From NCBI GenBank assembly GCA_963832165.1, contig CAWHTE010000001.1, forward strand, positions 83,855 through 147,854: DNA of 64,000 nucleotides. Direction: 5' to 3'. The notes beneath the pieces were generated by a model, which saw only the letters and a program-made list of their open reading frames with translations, made no database searches and was not told the origin of the DNA. Origin of the DNA: an uncultured delta proteobacterium (GTDB lineage: Bacteria > Myxococcota_A > UBA9160 > SMWR01). The position numbers and the translations under genes were made by a program. Position 1 is the first letter of the stretch; each line of letters starts with the position of its first letter. Below, in pieces: positions 47,199 through 56,400 of this stretch.

Positions 47199-47530
47199 AG
47201 CAGCGCCTTCAGATCCGGCGGGATCTCCATGCGCTCGAAGAAGCCGACGTTCGCGCCGCCCGTGTTGCCGCCGGGCGGAATGCCGAGCGCCGACCCGATC
47301 GCCGCGGCGGGCAGCCGCACGATCTGCCCCACGATCTCGCGCACGTCGCGGCGCAGCCAGCCGATGTGCAGCATCTCGACGTGCGTGCGCACGTGCGGCA
47401 CGACGTACTGCTGACCCAGGATGTGCGCGCGCTCGAGGTGGCGGAACGCGTCGTCGAGCGAGCCCGCGCGGCGCGCGGCTTCGGCCTCGCGCAGCTCGGA
47501 CTCGAACGCCGAGCGCAGCTTCGGATTCAT
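47153..47530 (-). CDS. DUF3703-like small protein
   Basis: The start is ATG 47530 (ATGA overlap with the P450 stop at 47527). FRHLERAHILGQQYVVPHVRTHVEML is typical of the family as I recall it. The 3' end runs into repeat copy B. Confidence 0.6.
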   Translation of the reverse strand: MNPKLRSAFESELREAEAARRAGSLDDAFRHLERAHILGQQYVVPHVRTHVEMLHIGWLRRDVREIVGQIVRLPAAAIGSALGIPPGGNTGGANVGFFERMEIPPDLKALLQQGGRRSRPTRSEA

Positions 47531-48774
47531 CGCGCCGAGGATAGTCGAACCCGCAGGTGATCGGGACCGCGGAAGGCGACGCCCCGGATGCACGGGGCCC
47601 GGAAGCGCGGATCGACATGGAGCTCGGCGAAGCGATCGAGCAGCGCGCCGATCGCGACGGTCGCTTCGAGGATCGCGAGGCGCGAGCCCGCGCAGTAGTG
47701 GCGGCCGAGCCCGAACGCGAGGTGCGCCTCGCCCTGCCGATCGACGTCGAAGCGGTCCGGGTCGGGGAAGCGGGTCTCGTCGCGATTCGCGGAGCCGATC
47801 CCGAGCACGAGGTCGCGGCCGCGCGCGATGCGCGTCCCCGCGATCTCGACGTCCTCCGTCGCCGTGCGCGAAAGGATCTGGATCGGCGACTCCCAGCGCA
47901 GCGTCTCCTCGAGCAGACGGCCGATCCGGCTGCGGTCCGCGCGCACCGACGCGAAGAGCGCCGGGTCGCGCAGCATCGCGAAGAGCGCACTCCCGAGCAG
48001 GTGATAGGTCGTCTCGGCTCCCGCGAGCACGAGCAGGTAGAGAAAGCTGATCACCTCCTCGTCGGTCAGCGCACCTCCAAGGGCGGTGGCCGAGGCGAGC
48101 TCGCTGATCAGATCGTTGCCGGGCCGGGATCGCTTCTGGGAGACGAGCGGCGCGAGCGCGGCCGCCATGTTCTTCACCGCGGCGAAGCCGCGCCCGGGAT
48201 CGGTCGCGACCATCGAGAGATCGGCCGACCAGCCGTGAAACGTCCTCACGTGCTCGGGCGCAAGACCGAGGATCTCCGTGAACACGCGCAGCGGATACAC
48301 GTACGTGAACTCCGCCACGAGATCGGCGGCATCCCGCTGCTCGAACGAGTCGATCACGGCCTCGGCGATCGACGCGACGATGCGCGGAAACTCACCCGCG
48401 AGCGAGCGCGGAGCGAGCGACGGCGTGATCAGGCTGCGGTGCTTCAAGTGCTCCCGGCCGTCCATTCCGATCAGCGTCCGCCCGATCACGATGCCGATGC
48501 CGCGGTCCGTGTTCGACCGGCTCGAGAAGCGCTCGTGGTCGCGCAGGACGGCGAGTACGTCGTCGTAGCGGGACACGAAGTACGAAGTCCCGGAGAGCAG
48601 CTCGACCACGGGCGCTTCGCGGCGCGCTCGGGCATAGAGCGGGTAGGGGTTCGCGATCGGCGCGGTCGGCCCGGCCAGGAACATGTCGGGGACCGTGAGC
48701 GGCAGGATCTCGTCGGTGGACCCGATCGTTTGCAGCGAACTGATATCGACAGCGGCGGCGGCTACATCGTGCAT
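47527..48774 (-). CDS. Cytochrome P450
   Basis: The heme-thiolate loop is FGLGRHYCAGSRLA, the ExxR motif is EETLRW, and the I-helix is LAGAETT. Confidence 0.9.
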   Translation of the reverse strand: MHDVAAAAVDISSLQTIGSTDEILPLTVPDMFLAGPTAPIANPYPLYARARREAPVVELLSGTSYFVSRYDDVLAVLRDHERFSSRSNTDRGIGIVIGRTLIGMDGREHLKHRSLITPSLAPRSLAGEFPRIVASIAEAVIDSFEQRDAADLVAEFTYVYPLRVFTEILGLAPEHVRTFHGWSADLSMVATDPGRGFAAVKNMAAALAPLVSQKRSRPGNDLISELASATALGGALTDEEVISFLYLLVLAGAETTYHLLGSALFAMLRDPALFASVRADRSRIGRLLEETLRWESPIQILSRTATEDVEIAGTRIARGRDLVLGIGSANRDETRFPDPDRFDVDRQGEAHLAFGLGRHYCAGSRLAILEATVAIGALLDRFAELHVDPRFRAPCIRGVAFRGPDHLRVRLSSAR

Positions 48775-48779
48775 GGATC

Positions 48780-48808
48780 AGTCAATCGAGACGCGCCACC
48801 CCTGTCAA
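48780..48808 (-). promoter_or_regulatory. Candidate promoter in front of the P450 gene
   Basis: On the minus strand, a perfect TTGACA (48808-48803) is followed by a 17-nt spacer and a weak -10 TTGACT (48785-48780). The ATG is at 48774, so the transcript would be leaderless. Confidence 0.25.
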
Positions 48809-48889
48809 CGAAAATCCGAGCGGCGAGACGAGCCGTTAGGCGCAAGTCGCGCGCAGGCGATGTGCAACTGCGACGCGAACAGCGCTCCG

Positions 48890-50629
48890 CTACGCGAGTC
48901 CGAGCTCCGCGAGCACGGCCATCTGCGCCAGGTCGCCGTCGATCACGAGGCGCCGCGTGTTGAAGGCCTCCGCGCCCGAGAGATCTCCGTTCGCGATCTG
49001 CAGATAGCTCGCCGCATCGGCACGGATCGTCACCGTGGCATCGGCGCGCTCGGCGGGCGCGGTGTCGATCGTGAGCGCGCCGTCGCGCACCGCGAGGATC
49101 CACGTGCCGCCGTGCTCTCCCGTGAGCGCGTACTGCACCACGAGCTCGACGCCCGCGGCCTTCGCGGGATCGAAGCGGCTCGCCATCGCGGCGAACAGCT
49201 GCTCGACGGAGTCGACGCGGCGGGCCGCGAGCCGCGCGGCGCGCGCCCGCTCGCGCGCGAGCACGTCGGCTTCCATCGCCGCGATCGACTCGGCGAGGAT
49301 CGCCGCGATCTGGTCCGCGCACGCGCGATCGATCGTGAGCGGAGGCGCGAGTCCCACCACCTCCGTCCCCATCGCGCGCACGTAGAGCCCGCGCTGCCAG
49401 GCTTCCGCTTCCACGCGTGCACAGGCCGAGTGCGGCTTCGAGAAGCCGCGCCGCGTCGCCTTGTCGGCGACGAGCTCGATGCCGATCATGAGCCCCACGC
49501 CGCGGATATCGCCCACGGAATCGAAGCCGCCGAGCATCTCGCGCAAGCGCTCGATCAGATAGGCGCCCACGTCGGCTGCGTTCTCGGCCAGGCGTTCGCG
49601 TTCGAGGATCTCGATGTTGGCGAGGGCCGCGGCGCAGCACGTGGGATGGCCCATGTACGTGAAGCCGTGGCTGATCGGCATCTGGTTCGGCAGCTTCGCG
49701 CTGATCGTCTGGTAGATCTCCTCGGAGACCACCGACGCGCCGAGCGGCAGATAGCCGCTCGTGATCCCCTTCGCGAGCGTCACGACGTCGGGCCGCACGC
49801 GATAGCGCTCGAAGCCGAACATCGTTCCCGTGCGCCCGAAGCCCGTCACGACCTCGTCGAGGATCAACAGGATCCCGTGGCGGTCGCAGATCTCGCGGAT
49901 GCGCTCGAAGTAGTCGTCGGGCGGGGGGATGATGCCGCCTGCGCCGTACACGGGCTCGGCGATGAACGCCGCGATCGTCTCGGCGCCGTCGCGCTCGATC
50001 AGGCGCTCGAGCTCGTCGGCGCACGCGAGCCGGCAGCTCGGATAGGTCTTGCCGAGCTCGCACTTGAAGCAGTAGGGTGCCGCGACGTGCGCGAAGCCGG
50101 GCGCCTCGGGTCCGAAGTTCCAGCGCAGCGGCATGATGCCCGTGGCGGTCATCGTCGCGATCGTGAGTCCGTGATAGGCATGGTGGCGAGCCACGATCGT
50201 CGTGCGCCGCTCCTCGCCGCGCAGCGCCCAGTAGAGGCGCACGAGCTTGATCGACGTCTCGTTGGCCTCCGACCCGCCCGACGAGAACATCACGTGCGAG
50301 AGGCCGTACTCGCGCGGGAACATCGAGCACAGCTTCTCGGCGAGCTCGATCGCGCGCGGGTGGGACTGGCCGTGGAAGGTCGTGAAGTACTCGAGCGTCT
50401 CCATCTGCTCGCGCACGGCCGCGATGATCTCGGGGCGCCCGTGCCCGACCGCCACGCACCAGAGCCCGGAGAACCCGTCGATCAGGCGGTGTCCGCGATC
50501 GTCGGTGATCCACCAGCCGTCGCCTTCGACGATCACGCGCGCGCCGTCGCTCTCCATCTCGCGTGGCGGCGTGAGCGGGTGGATCAGATGGGCGGCGTCG
50601 CGCTCGGCGAGCGGGGTCCGCCCGGGCAT
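48890..50629 (-). CDS. Class III (omega) aminotransferase fused to a C-terminal SCP2 sterol-carrier-like domain
   Basis: The aminotransferase part carries SGGSEANE, LILDEVVTGFGRTG and the PLP lysine in TLAKGITSGY. The last approximately 108 aa (48890 to about 49220) read FDPAKAAGVELVVQYALTGEHGGTWILAVRDGALTI...NGDLSGAEAFNTRRLVIDGDLAQMAVL, which matches the SCP2 pattern. Confidence 0.85.
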   Translation of the reverse strand: MPGRTPLAERDAAHLIHPLTPPREMESDGARVIVEGDGWWITDDRGHRLIDGFSGLWCVAVGHGRPEIIAAVREQMETLEYFTTFHGQSHPRAIELAEKLCSMFPREYGLSHVMFSSGGSEANETSIKLVRLYWALRGEERRTTIVARHHAYHGLTIATMTATGIMPLRWNFGPEAPGFAHVAAPYCFKCELGKTYPSCRLACADELERLIERDGAETIAAFIAEPVYGAGGIIPPPDDYFERIREICDRHGILLILDEVVTGFGRTGTMFGFERYRVRPDVVTLAKGITSGYLPLGASVVSEEIYQTISAKLPNQMPISHGFTYMGHPTCCAAALANIEILERERLAENAADVGAYLIERLREMLGGFDSVGDIRGVGLMIGIELVADKATRRGFSKPHSACARVEAEAWQRGLYVRAMGTEVVGLAPPLTIDRACADQIAAILAESIAAMEADVLARERARAARLAARRVDSVEQLFAAMASRFDPAKAAGVELVVQYALTGEHGGTWILAVRDGALTIDTAPAERADATVTIRADAASYLQIANGDLSGAEAFNTRRLVIDGDLAQMAVLAELGLA

Positions 50630-50632
50630 CGG

Positions 50633-51448
50633 CTAGCGCGCACCGCGCTTCGCGCGCGCGTCGATCGTGTTGCGCTTCACCGCGCGCCGCATGAACTCGG
50701 GTGCGACCGCCTGGATCACGTAGGCGGGCGAGATCCCGCCCGGGTAGGTGATCTCGTGCTTGCCCTTCGCAAGCGCATCCATCGTCGCGTCGACGAGCGC
50801 TTCCACCTCCACCATGCCGCGCTTCGCGGCCGGCGGCATGCGCGACAGCGCCTCCTCGTCGAAGAACGGCGTGCGGATCACGCCCGGGCACACCGTGAGC
50901 ACGTGCACGCCCGCGTCCTCGACCTCGAGCGAGAGCGAGGCGGCCAGTCCGACCATCGCGAACTTCGAGGCCGCGTAGGCCGACTCCTCGGGAGGTGCGA
51001 TCTTGCCCGCGACCGACGCGACGAACACGAGCCAGCCGCGCCGCTGCTCCACCATCGCAGGCAAGAGCGCCTTCGTGAAGTAGAGCGTTCCGAAGTAGTT
51101 CACGCGCATCACGCGTTCCATGTCCTCGACCGACCACTCGAGGAAGGTGCGGTGATGTCCGTAGCCCGCATTGTTCACGAGCATGTCGATGCCGCCCCAG
51201 ACCTCGCGCGCGCGCGCCGCCGTGGCCGCGACCTCCGCCGCGCTGGACACGTCGCACGGCAGCACCACGGCCTCGCTTCCGCCGGAGCGGATCTCGGCCG
51301 CGAGCTTCTCGAGCTCCTCCGCGCGGCGCGCCACGAGCGCCACGCGCGCGCCCTCGCGCGCGAGCCGCAGCGCGAGCGTGCGGCCGATGCCGCTCGAGGC
51401 GCCCGTCACGAGCGCGCGCAGCCCCTGGTAGGAGCGCAGCCGCGTCAT
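50633..51448 (-). CDS. SDR-family oxidoreductase
   Basis: The start is ATG 51448 (ATGA overlap with the TetR stop at 51445). Motifs TGASSGIGR, NNAG and YAASKFA are present. Confidence 0.85.
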   Translation of the reverse strand: MTRLRSYQGLRALVTGASSGIGRTLALRLAREGARVALVARRAEELEKLAAEIRSGGSEAVVLPCDVSSAAEVAATAARAREVWGGIDMLVNNAGYGHHRTFLEWSVEDMERVMRVNYFGTLYFTKALLPAMVEQRRGWLVFVASVAGKIAPPEESAYAASKFAMVGLAASLSLEVEDAGVHVLTVCPGVIRTPFFDEEALSRMPPAAKRGMVEVEALVDATMDALAKGKHEITYPGGISPAYVIQAVAPEFMRRAVKRNTIDARAKRGAR

Positions 51449-52086
51449 CGCGCGTTCTCGACGAGCGCGAGGATCACCGACTGCAGGTGCTGCTTGGTGC
51501 GCTCGCGGATGCGCGGGTCGGAGAGGTCCTTTCCGAACAGCTTCTTGTAGTGCGCAGTCGACAGGATGTGGTGGTGCAAGATTCCCTCCACGGTGATCAG
51601 CAGCAGGCCCAGATCGTGTTTGGGGGCGCCGAGCCTCTGGCCCGAGAGCGACTCGTCGATGAACTGCACCCAGCTCTGCTCCTTCAGCGAGACGCCCTTC
51701 GCGAGGCCTTCGCCGAGTGTTGCGCGTACCGAGAGCGCCACCCAGCCGCGCTTCTCGAGAAAGAAATCGAACAGCTCCTCGACGACCTTCTCGACCGTCG
51801 TCGCGAGATCGCCCTGGCCCGCGACCACCGCGCCGACGCGCTTGAGGATCTCGTCGTCCCAGCGCGAGAGCACCGCCTGGTACAGGCCCGGCTTCGAGCC
51901 GAAGTGGTGCTGGATCGTGAACGGGCGCACGCCGCATGCGCGCGAGAGCTCGCGCACCGACACGCCGCGGTAGCCGCGGTTCGCGAACAGGCGCTCGGCG
52001 CGGTCGAGGATCCGGGTGCGCGTGCGCTCGGCCTCCTCCTGCGAGCGCCGGCCGGCCGGGCGCGACTGGACTTTCTTATTGGCCAT
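51445..52086 (-). CDS. TetR/AcrR-family transcriptional regulator
   Basis: The start is ATG 52086 (MANKKVQSRPAG...). The HTH region is RILDRAERLFANRGYRGVSVRELSRACGVRPFTIQHHF. No obvious SD is present, so the start is uncertain. Confidence 0.8.
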   Translation of the reverse strand: MANKKVQSRPAGRRSQEEAERTRTRILDRAERLFANRGYRGVSVRELSRACGVRPFTIQHHFGSKPGLYQAVLSRWDDEILKRVGAVVAGQGDLATTVEKVVEELFDFFLEKRGWVALSVRATLGEGLAKGVSLKEQSWVQFIDESLSGQRLGAPKHDLGLLLITVEGILHHHILSTAHYKKLFGKDLSDPRIRERTKQHLQSVILALVENAR

Positions 52087-52119
52087 GTGTACAGTAAAAC
52101 ACCGCGCGCGCTCCGAGTC

Positions 52120-52131
52120 AACGCGCGCGTT
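52120..52131. promoter_or_regulatory. Perfect 12-bp palindrome in the TetR/dehydrogenase divergent intergenic region (operator candidate)
   Basis: AACGCGCGCGTT lies at 52120-52131, midway between ATG 52086 (minus strand) and ATG 52170 (plus strand). TGTACA at 52088-52093 is a second short palindrome. Confidence 0.3.
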
Positions 52132-52169
52132 CCCCGAAACCCCCCGGAATCCAGGCATCTGGAGGTCGC

Positions 52170-53417
52170 ATGCGCGCGCTCGTGATCGGCAGCGAGATGG
52201 CGCGGCTCATCGTCACCCGGTTGCTCGCCGCGCTCTCGCCGCGCGCGTTCGTGGGCCCGACCTCGACGCTGCGGCTGTGCGAAATCCCCGAGCCCACGCT
52301 GCCGGCACCCGATTGGGCGGTCGCGCGCACGCGCCTGTGCGGTCTGTGCGGCAGCGACTACAAGCAGGTGTTCATGAACGGGGCGTTCGACAGCCCGATG
52401 ACCGCGATGATCTCGTGGCCGCAGGTGCTCGGGCACGAAGTGGTCGGCGTGATCGACGAGGTCGGACCCGCAGCGACGCGCCGCCGGATCGGCGAGCGCG
52501 TGGTGTTGAACCCGTGGCTGTCGTGCGAGACGCGCGGCCTGCCGCTGTGCGACTGGTGCGAGGAGGGCGACCTCGCGCAGTGCCTGAACTTCGCGCGCGG
52601 CAGCGCGGCACCCGGCATCCACACCGGCAACAGCTCGACCGCGACGGGCGGATTCGCGCAGCGCGTGCCCGCGCACGAATCGCAGTGGATCCCGATTCCC
52701 GACGAGATCAGCGACGACGCGGCCGTGCTCGCCGACCCGTTCTCGGTCTCGCTGCACGCGATCCTGCGCACGCCGCCGCCGCCGGGCGGCACCGCGCTCG
52801 TGTACGGTGCCGGCACGCTGGGTCTGTTCGCGATCGCGATCCTGCGCCTGCTCCACCCGCACGTACGCGTGCTCGCGGTGGCGCGCTTCGATCACCAGGC
52901 GCAGCTCGCGGAGAAGTTCGGTGCGGATCGCGTGTTTTCTTACCGGCCGGCGCTCGGGATCATCGAGGCCGTCGCGGAGGCGTGCGGCGCCGAGATCGCG
53001 CGCCCCTGGAGAGGGCTCCCGATGCTTCTCGGCGGTGCCGACGTGGTGTACGACACCGTGTCGTCGCCCGAGACTCTCGAGGTCGGACTCCGGATCGCGA
53101 ACATCCGCGGGAGCATCGTGGCGCTCGGCGTCGAGCCGCCGCGCCGCTTCGAGTGGACGCCGCTCTACTTCAAGGAGATCTCGATCGTCGGATCGAACGG
53201 CTTCGGGATCGAGGAGTACGACGGGCGCCGGCAACACGCGATCGAGTGGTACTTCGAGTTCCTGCGCACGAAGCAGATCGATCTGACTCCGATCATCACG
53301 CACCGCTTCCCGCTCGCGGGCTACCGCGATGCCTTCATGACCTGTTATTCGCAAGGCGACAACGGCGCCGTGAAGGTGCTGTTCGACCGCTTCACCGACG
53401 AGGAGACTTTGCGATGA
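52170..53417 (+). CDS. Zinc-dependent alcohol dehydrogenase family protein (long form)
   Basis: Zinc ligands lie in LCGLCGSDYK and GHEVVGV. A structural Zn Cys cluster lies in CETRGLPLCDWCEEGDLAQC. The NAD fold motif is VYGAGTLGLF. Its stop overlaps the next start (ATGA at 53414-53417). Confidence 0.85.
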   Translation: MRALVIGSEMARLIVTRLLAALSPRAFVGPTSTLRLCEIPEPTLPAPDWAVARTRLCGLCGSDYKQVFMNGAFDSPMTAMISWPQVLGHEVVGVIDEVGPAATRRRIGERVVLNPWLSCETRGLPLCDWCEEGDLAQCLNFARGSAAPGIHTGNSSTATGGFAQRVPAHESQWIPIPDEISDDAAVLADPFSVSLHAILRTPPPPGGTALVYGAGTLGLFAIAILRLLHPHVRVLAVARFDHQAQLAEKFGADRVFSYRPALGIIEAVAEACGAEIARPWRGLPMLLGGADVVYDTVSSPETLEVGLRIANIRGSIVALGVEPPRRFEWTPLYFKEISIVGSNGFGIEEYDGRRQHAIEWYFEFLRTKQIDLTPIITHRFPLAGYRDAFMTCYSQGDNGAVKVLFDRFTDEETLR

Positions 53418-56400
53418 GCCGCGTGCTCTTGGGAATCGATCTCGGAGGCGGCAGCGTCCACTGCACGCTGCTGGACGCCGACACGGGCGCGCGCTTCGAG
53501 GCCGCGCTCGCGATCACGAGCCAGTCGGCGGAAGGCACGAGCGGCCTCGGCTACGAGATCGCCACCGATGAGCTCTGGGCGCGCGTGGGCGAGACCACGC
53601 GCGCGGTGCTCGCTTGCGCGGGCGCCACGGGCGATGCCGTCGCGGGCGTGTCGGTGACAGCGATGCGCTTCACGTCGGTGGTGCTCGACGCGGCCGGCGA
53701 GGTGCTGTTCGCGGTGCCCAACCGCGATGCGCGCTCGGTCGGCGAGAGCATGCGGATCGCGGCCGAGCGCGGCCAGGCGGTGCTCGCGACCAGCGGCATG
53801 TGGCCGCTGCCGATCCACGCTGCGCCGCGCCTGTCGTGGCTGCGCAGCGCGCGGCCTGACGTGTTCGGGCGCGCGGTTACGCTGCTCTCGCTCTCGGACT
53901 GGCTGAACTTCCGGCTCTGCGGACGGCGGATCACCGACGAGACACAGGCGGGCTGCACGGGCCTGTTCGATCTGCGCAAACGCGAGTGGAACGCGGAGCT
54001 GATCGACGCGTTCGGGCTGCCGCGCGCGATCTTCCCCGAGGTGCGACCGTCGGGCGAGCGGATCGGCGAGCTCGACGCGCGCGCCGCGCGCGAGCTCGGG
54101 CTCGCACCCGGCACGCCCGTGGCGCTCGGCGGCGGCGACACGCGCTGCGGACTGCTCGGCGCGGGCGCGATCGCCGACGGCGACGTGGGCCTGATTGCGG
54201 GAACCACCGCTCCGCTCGAGCTCGTGACCGACGAGCCCGTGATCGACGGCGAGGGACGGCTGCGCAGCGGGCTTCACGCGGTGCCGGGGCGTTATGTGCT
54301 CGAGGCGAACGTGGGACCGGTCGGCGAGGGCCTGGCCTGGCTCGCGCGCCTGCTCCACCCGGACGACGCGCGGCCCGACGACCGCTTTGCGGCCGAGGCT
54401 TCGACCGCGGCGATCGGCTCGGCCGCGATGCTCGCGAACGTGGGCGCACTCGTGGCGAACGATCGCCAGCCCGCTTTCCCCGTCGGCATGTACTCGCTCT
54501 CCCACATGACGGGCACGCAGGGGCGCAGTGCGCGCGCGAGCCTCGCGCGCTCCGCGCTCGAGGGAGTGGCGTGTGCGGTGCGCGCGAACCTCGAGCAGCT
54601 CACGCGCGTCACGGGGCGCGATCTGCGCCGCATTCATCTCGCGGGCGGGCTCTCGCGCAGCGCGCTGTTCGCGCGGATCCTCGCGGGCATCACGCGCGCC
54701 GAGGTGGTGCGCGCGGCGGCGCCCGAGGCGACCGGCCTCGGCGCTGCGCTGTGCGCGGGCATCGGCGCGGGCGTGTTCGCGGACGCGCTCGACGCGGTGA
54801 GCCACGGCGTGCGCGCAGCGGAGACCTCCGCGCCGCAGGCGGCCGAGGCCGACGCGTACGAGCGGCTCTACGAGAGCTGGAGCGAGCTGCGCGACGCGGC
54901 CGAGCAGACCACGGCGCCGATCGCGATGCGCCACACGGTTCCGGCCGCGCTCGCCGCCTCGCAGCGCAACGGGCGGCGCGCCAAGGCCGCGCATCGGCCC
55001 AAGGCGCTCGTCACCGCGGCGTTCGACGACGCGTCGATCGAGCGGCTGCGCGGCTTCGCCGACGTCGAATACGCGAGCTTCCGCGACCGCATGCAGCTGC
55101 TCACGGGCGCGAGCCTGGTCTCGGCGCTCGCCGACTGCGACGTGCTGGTCACCGAGGTCGACGTCGTCGACGCGAAGGCGCTCGAAAAGCTTCCGAACCT
55201 GCGCGTGGTGGCGGCCTGCCGCGGCGACGCCGTGAACGTGGACGTGGCCGCGTGCAGCGCGTTCGGGATCCCGGTGCTGTTCGCGCCGGGCCGCAACGCC
55301 GACGCGGTGGCCGACCTCACCGTCGCGTTCCTGCTCAACCTCGCGCGGCGGCTGCCCGCGGCCACGAAGTTCCTCGCCGACCCGGCGGTGACGGCCGGCA
55401 ATCTCGCGGCGATGGGCAAGGCGTTCCGGGGCCTGCAGGGCTACGAGCTCTGGTCGAAGACGGTGGGTCTGGTCGGACTCGGCGCGGTCGGGCGCGGCGT
55501 GGCGCGCCGGCTCTCGGGCTTCGGCGTGCGCCTGCTGGTCGCCGATCCGTACGTCTCCGCGGAGGAGGCCGCGCTCGCGGGCGCCGAGAAGGTCGAGCAG
55601 GGCGAGCTCCTGCGCACGAGCGACTTCGTGAGCCTGCACGCGGCCGTCACCGACGCGACGCGCGGGCTGCTCGGCCCCGCGCAGTTCGCCGCGATGAAGC
55701 CCGGCGCGTATCTGATCAACACCGCACGCGCGGCGCTGGTCGACGAGGCCGCGCTGCTCGCGGCGCTCGACAGCGGGCACCTCGCGGGCGCTGCGCTCGA
55801 CACGTTCGCGGTCGAGCCGCCCGGCGCCGATCACCCGCTCGTGCGCCACGGCAGCGTGATCCACACGCCGCACATCGGCGGCAACACGAACGAGGTCGCT
55901 GCGCACCAGGGCCGGAGTATCTCCGATGCGCTCGAGCAGCTCGTGCGCGGTGAGGCGCCGCGCTGTCTGCTCAATCCCGAGGCGCTCGCGGGCTTCAGCT
56001 GGACGGGTTCGCGCCGCGTGCCGACGGCCGACGAGCTCACCGCGCTCGCCAATCGCGCGGGCCCGGCCGTCACCGACCTGCAGCGCGACGCGCAGGCCGA
56101 GGCCCAGGAGGAGAAGCTCGAGCCGAGCGCCGCGCCCGCGGAGACGGTCGCGGCGATGAAGCGGATCCTCGAGACGTTCACGGCCGCGATGGCGCAGGAC
56201 GAGCGCGTGCACGCGTTCAGCGCCGACAAGGACGTCGCGCTCTACTTCGTGCTGCCCGACATCGGCCTCGACCTCCACATCGCGCTGCGCGAGGGACGGG
56301 TCTCGGGCGGGCTCGGCAAGCCCGAGGGTGGCTCCGTGGTCCAGCTGCGCATGCGCGCGGCGATCCTGGACGGGATGTTCACGGGCAAGGTGAACGCGAT

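Noticed and set aside
48683-51550. 955-aa plus-strand ORF and 831-aa minus-strand ORF (48762-51257) overlapping the transaminase and SDR genes
   Set aside because: Both are low-complexity and Arg-rich with no motifs. The alternative frames carry complete aminotransferase and SDR signatures.
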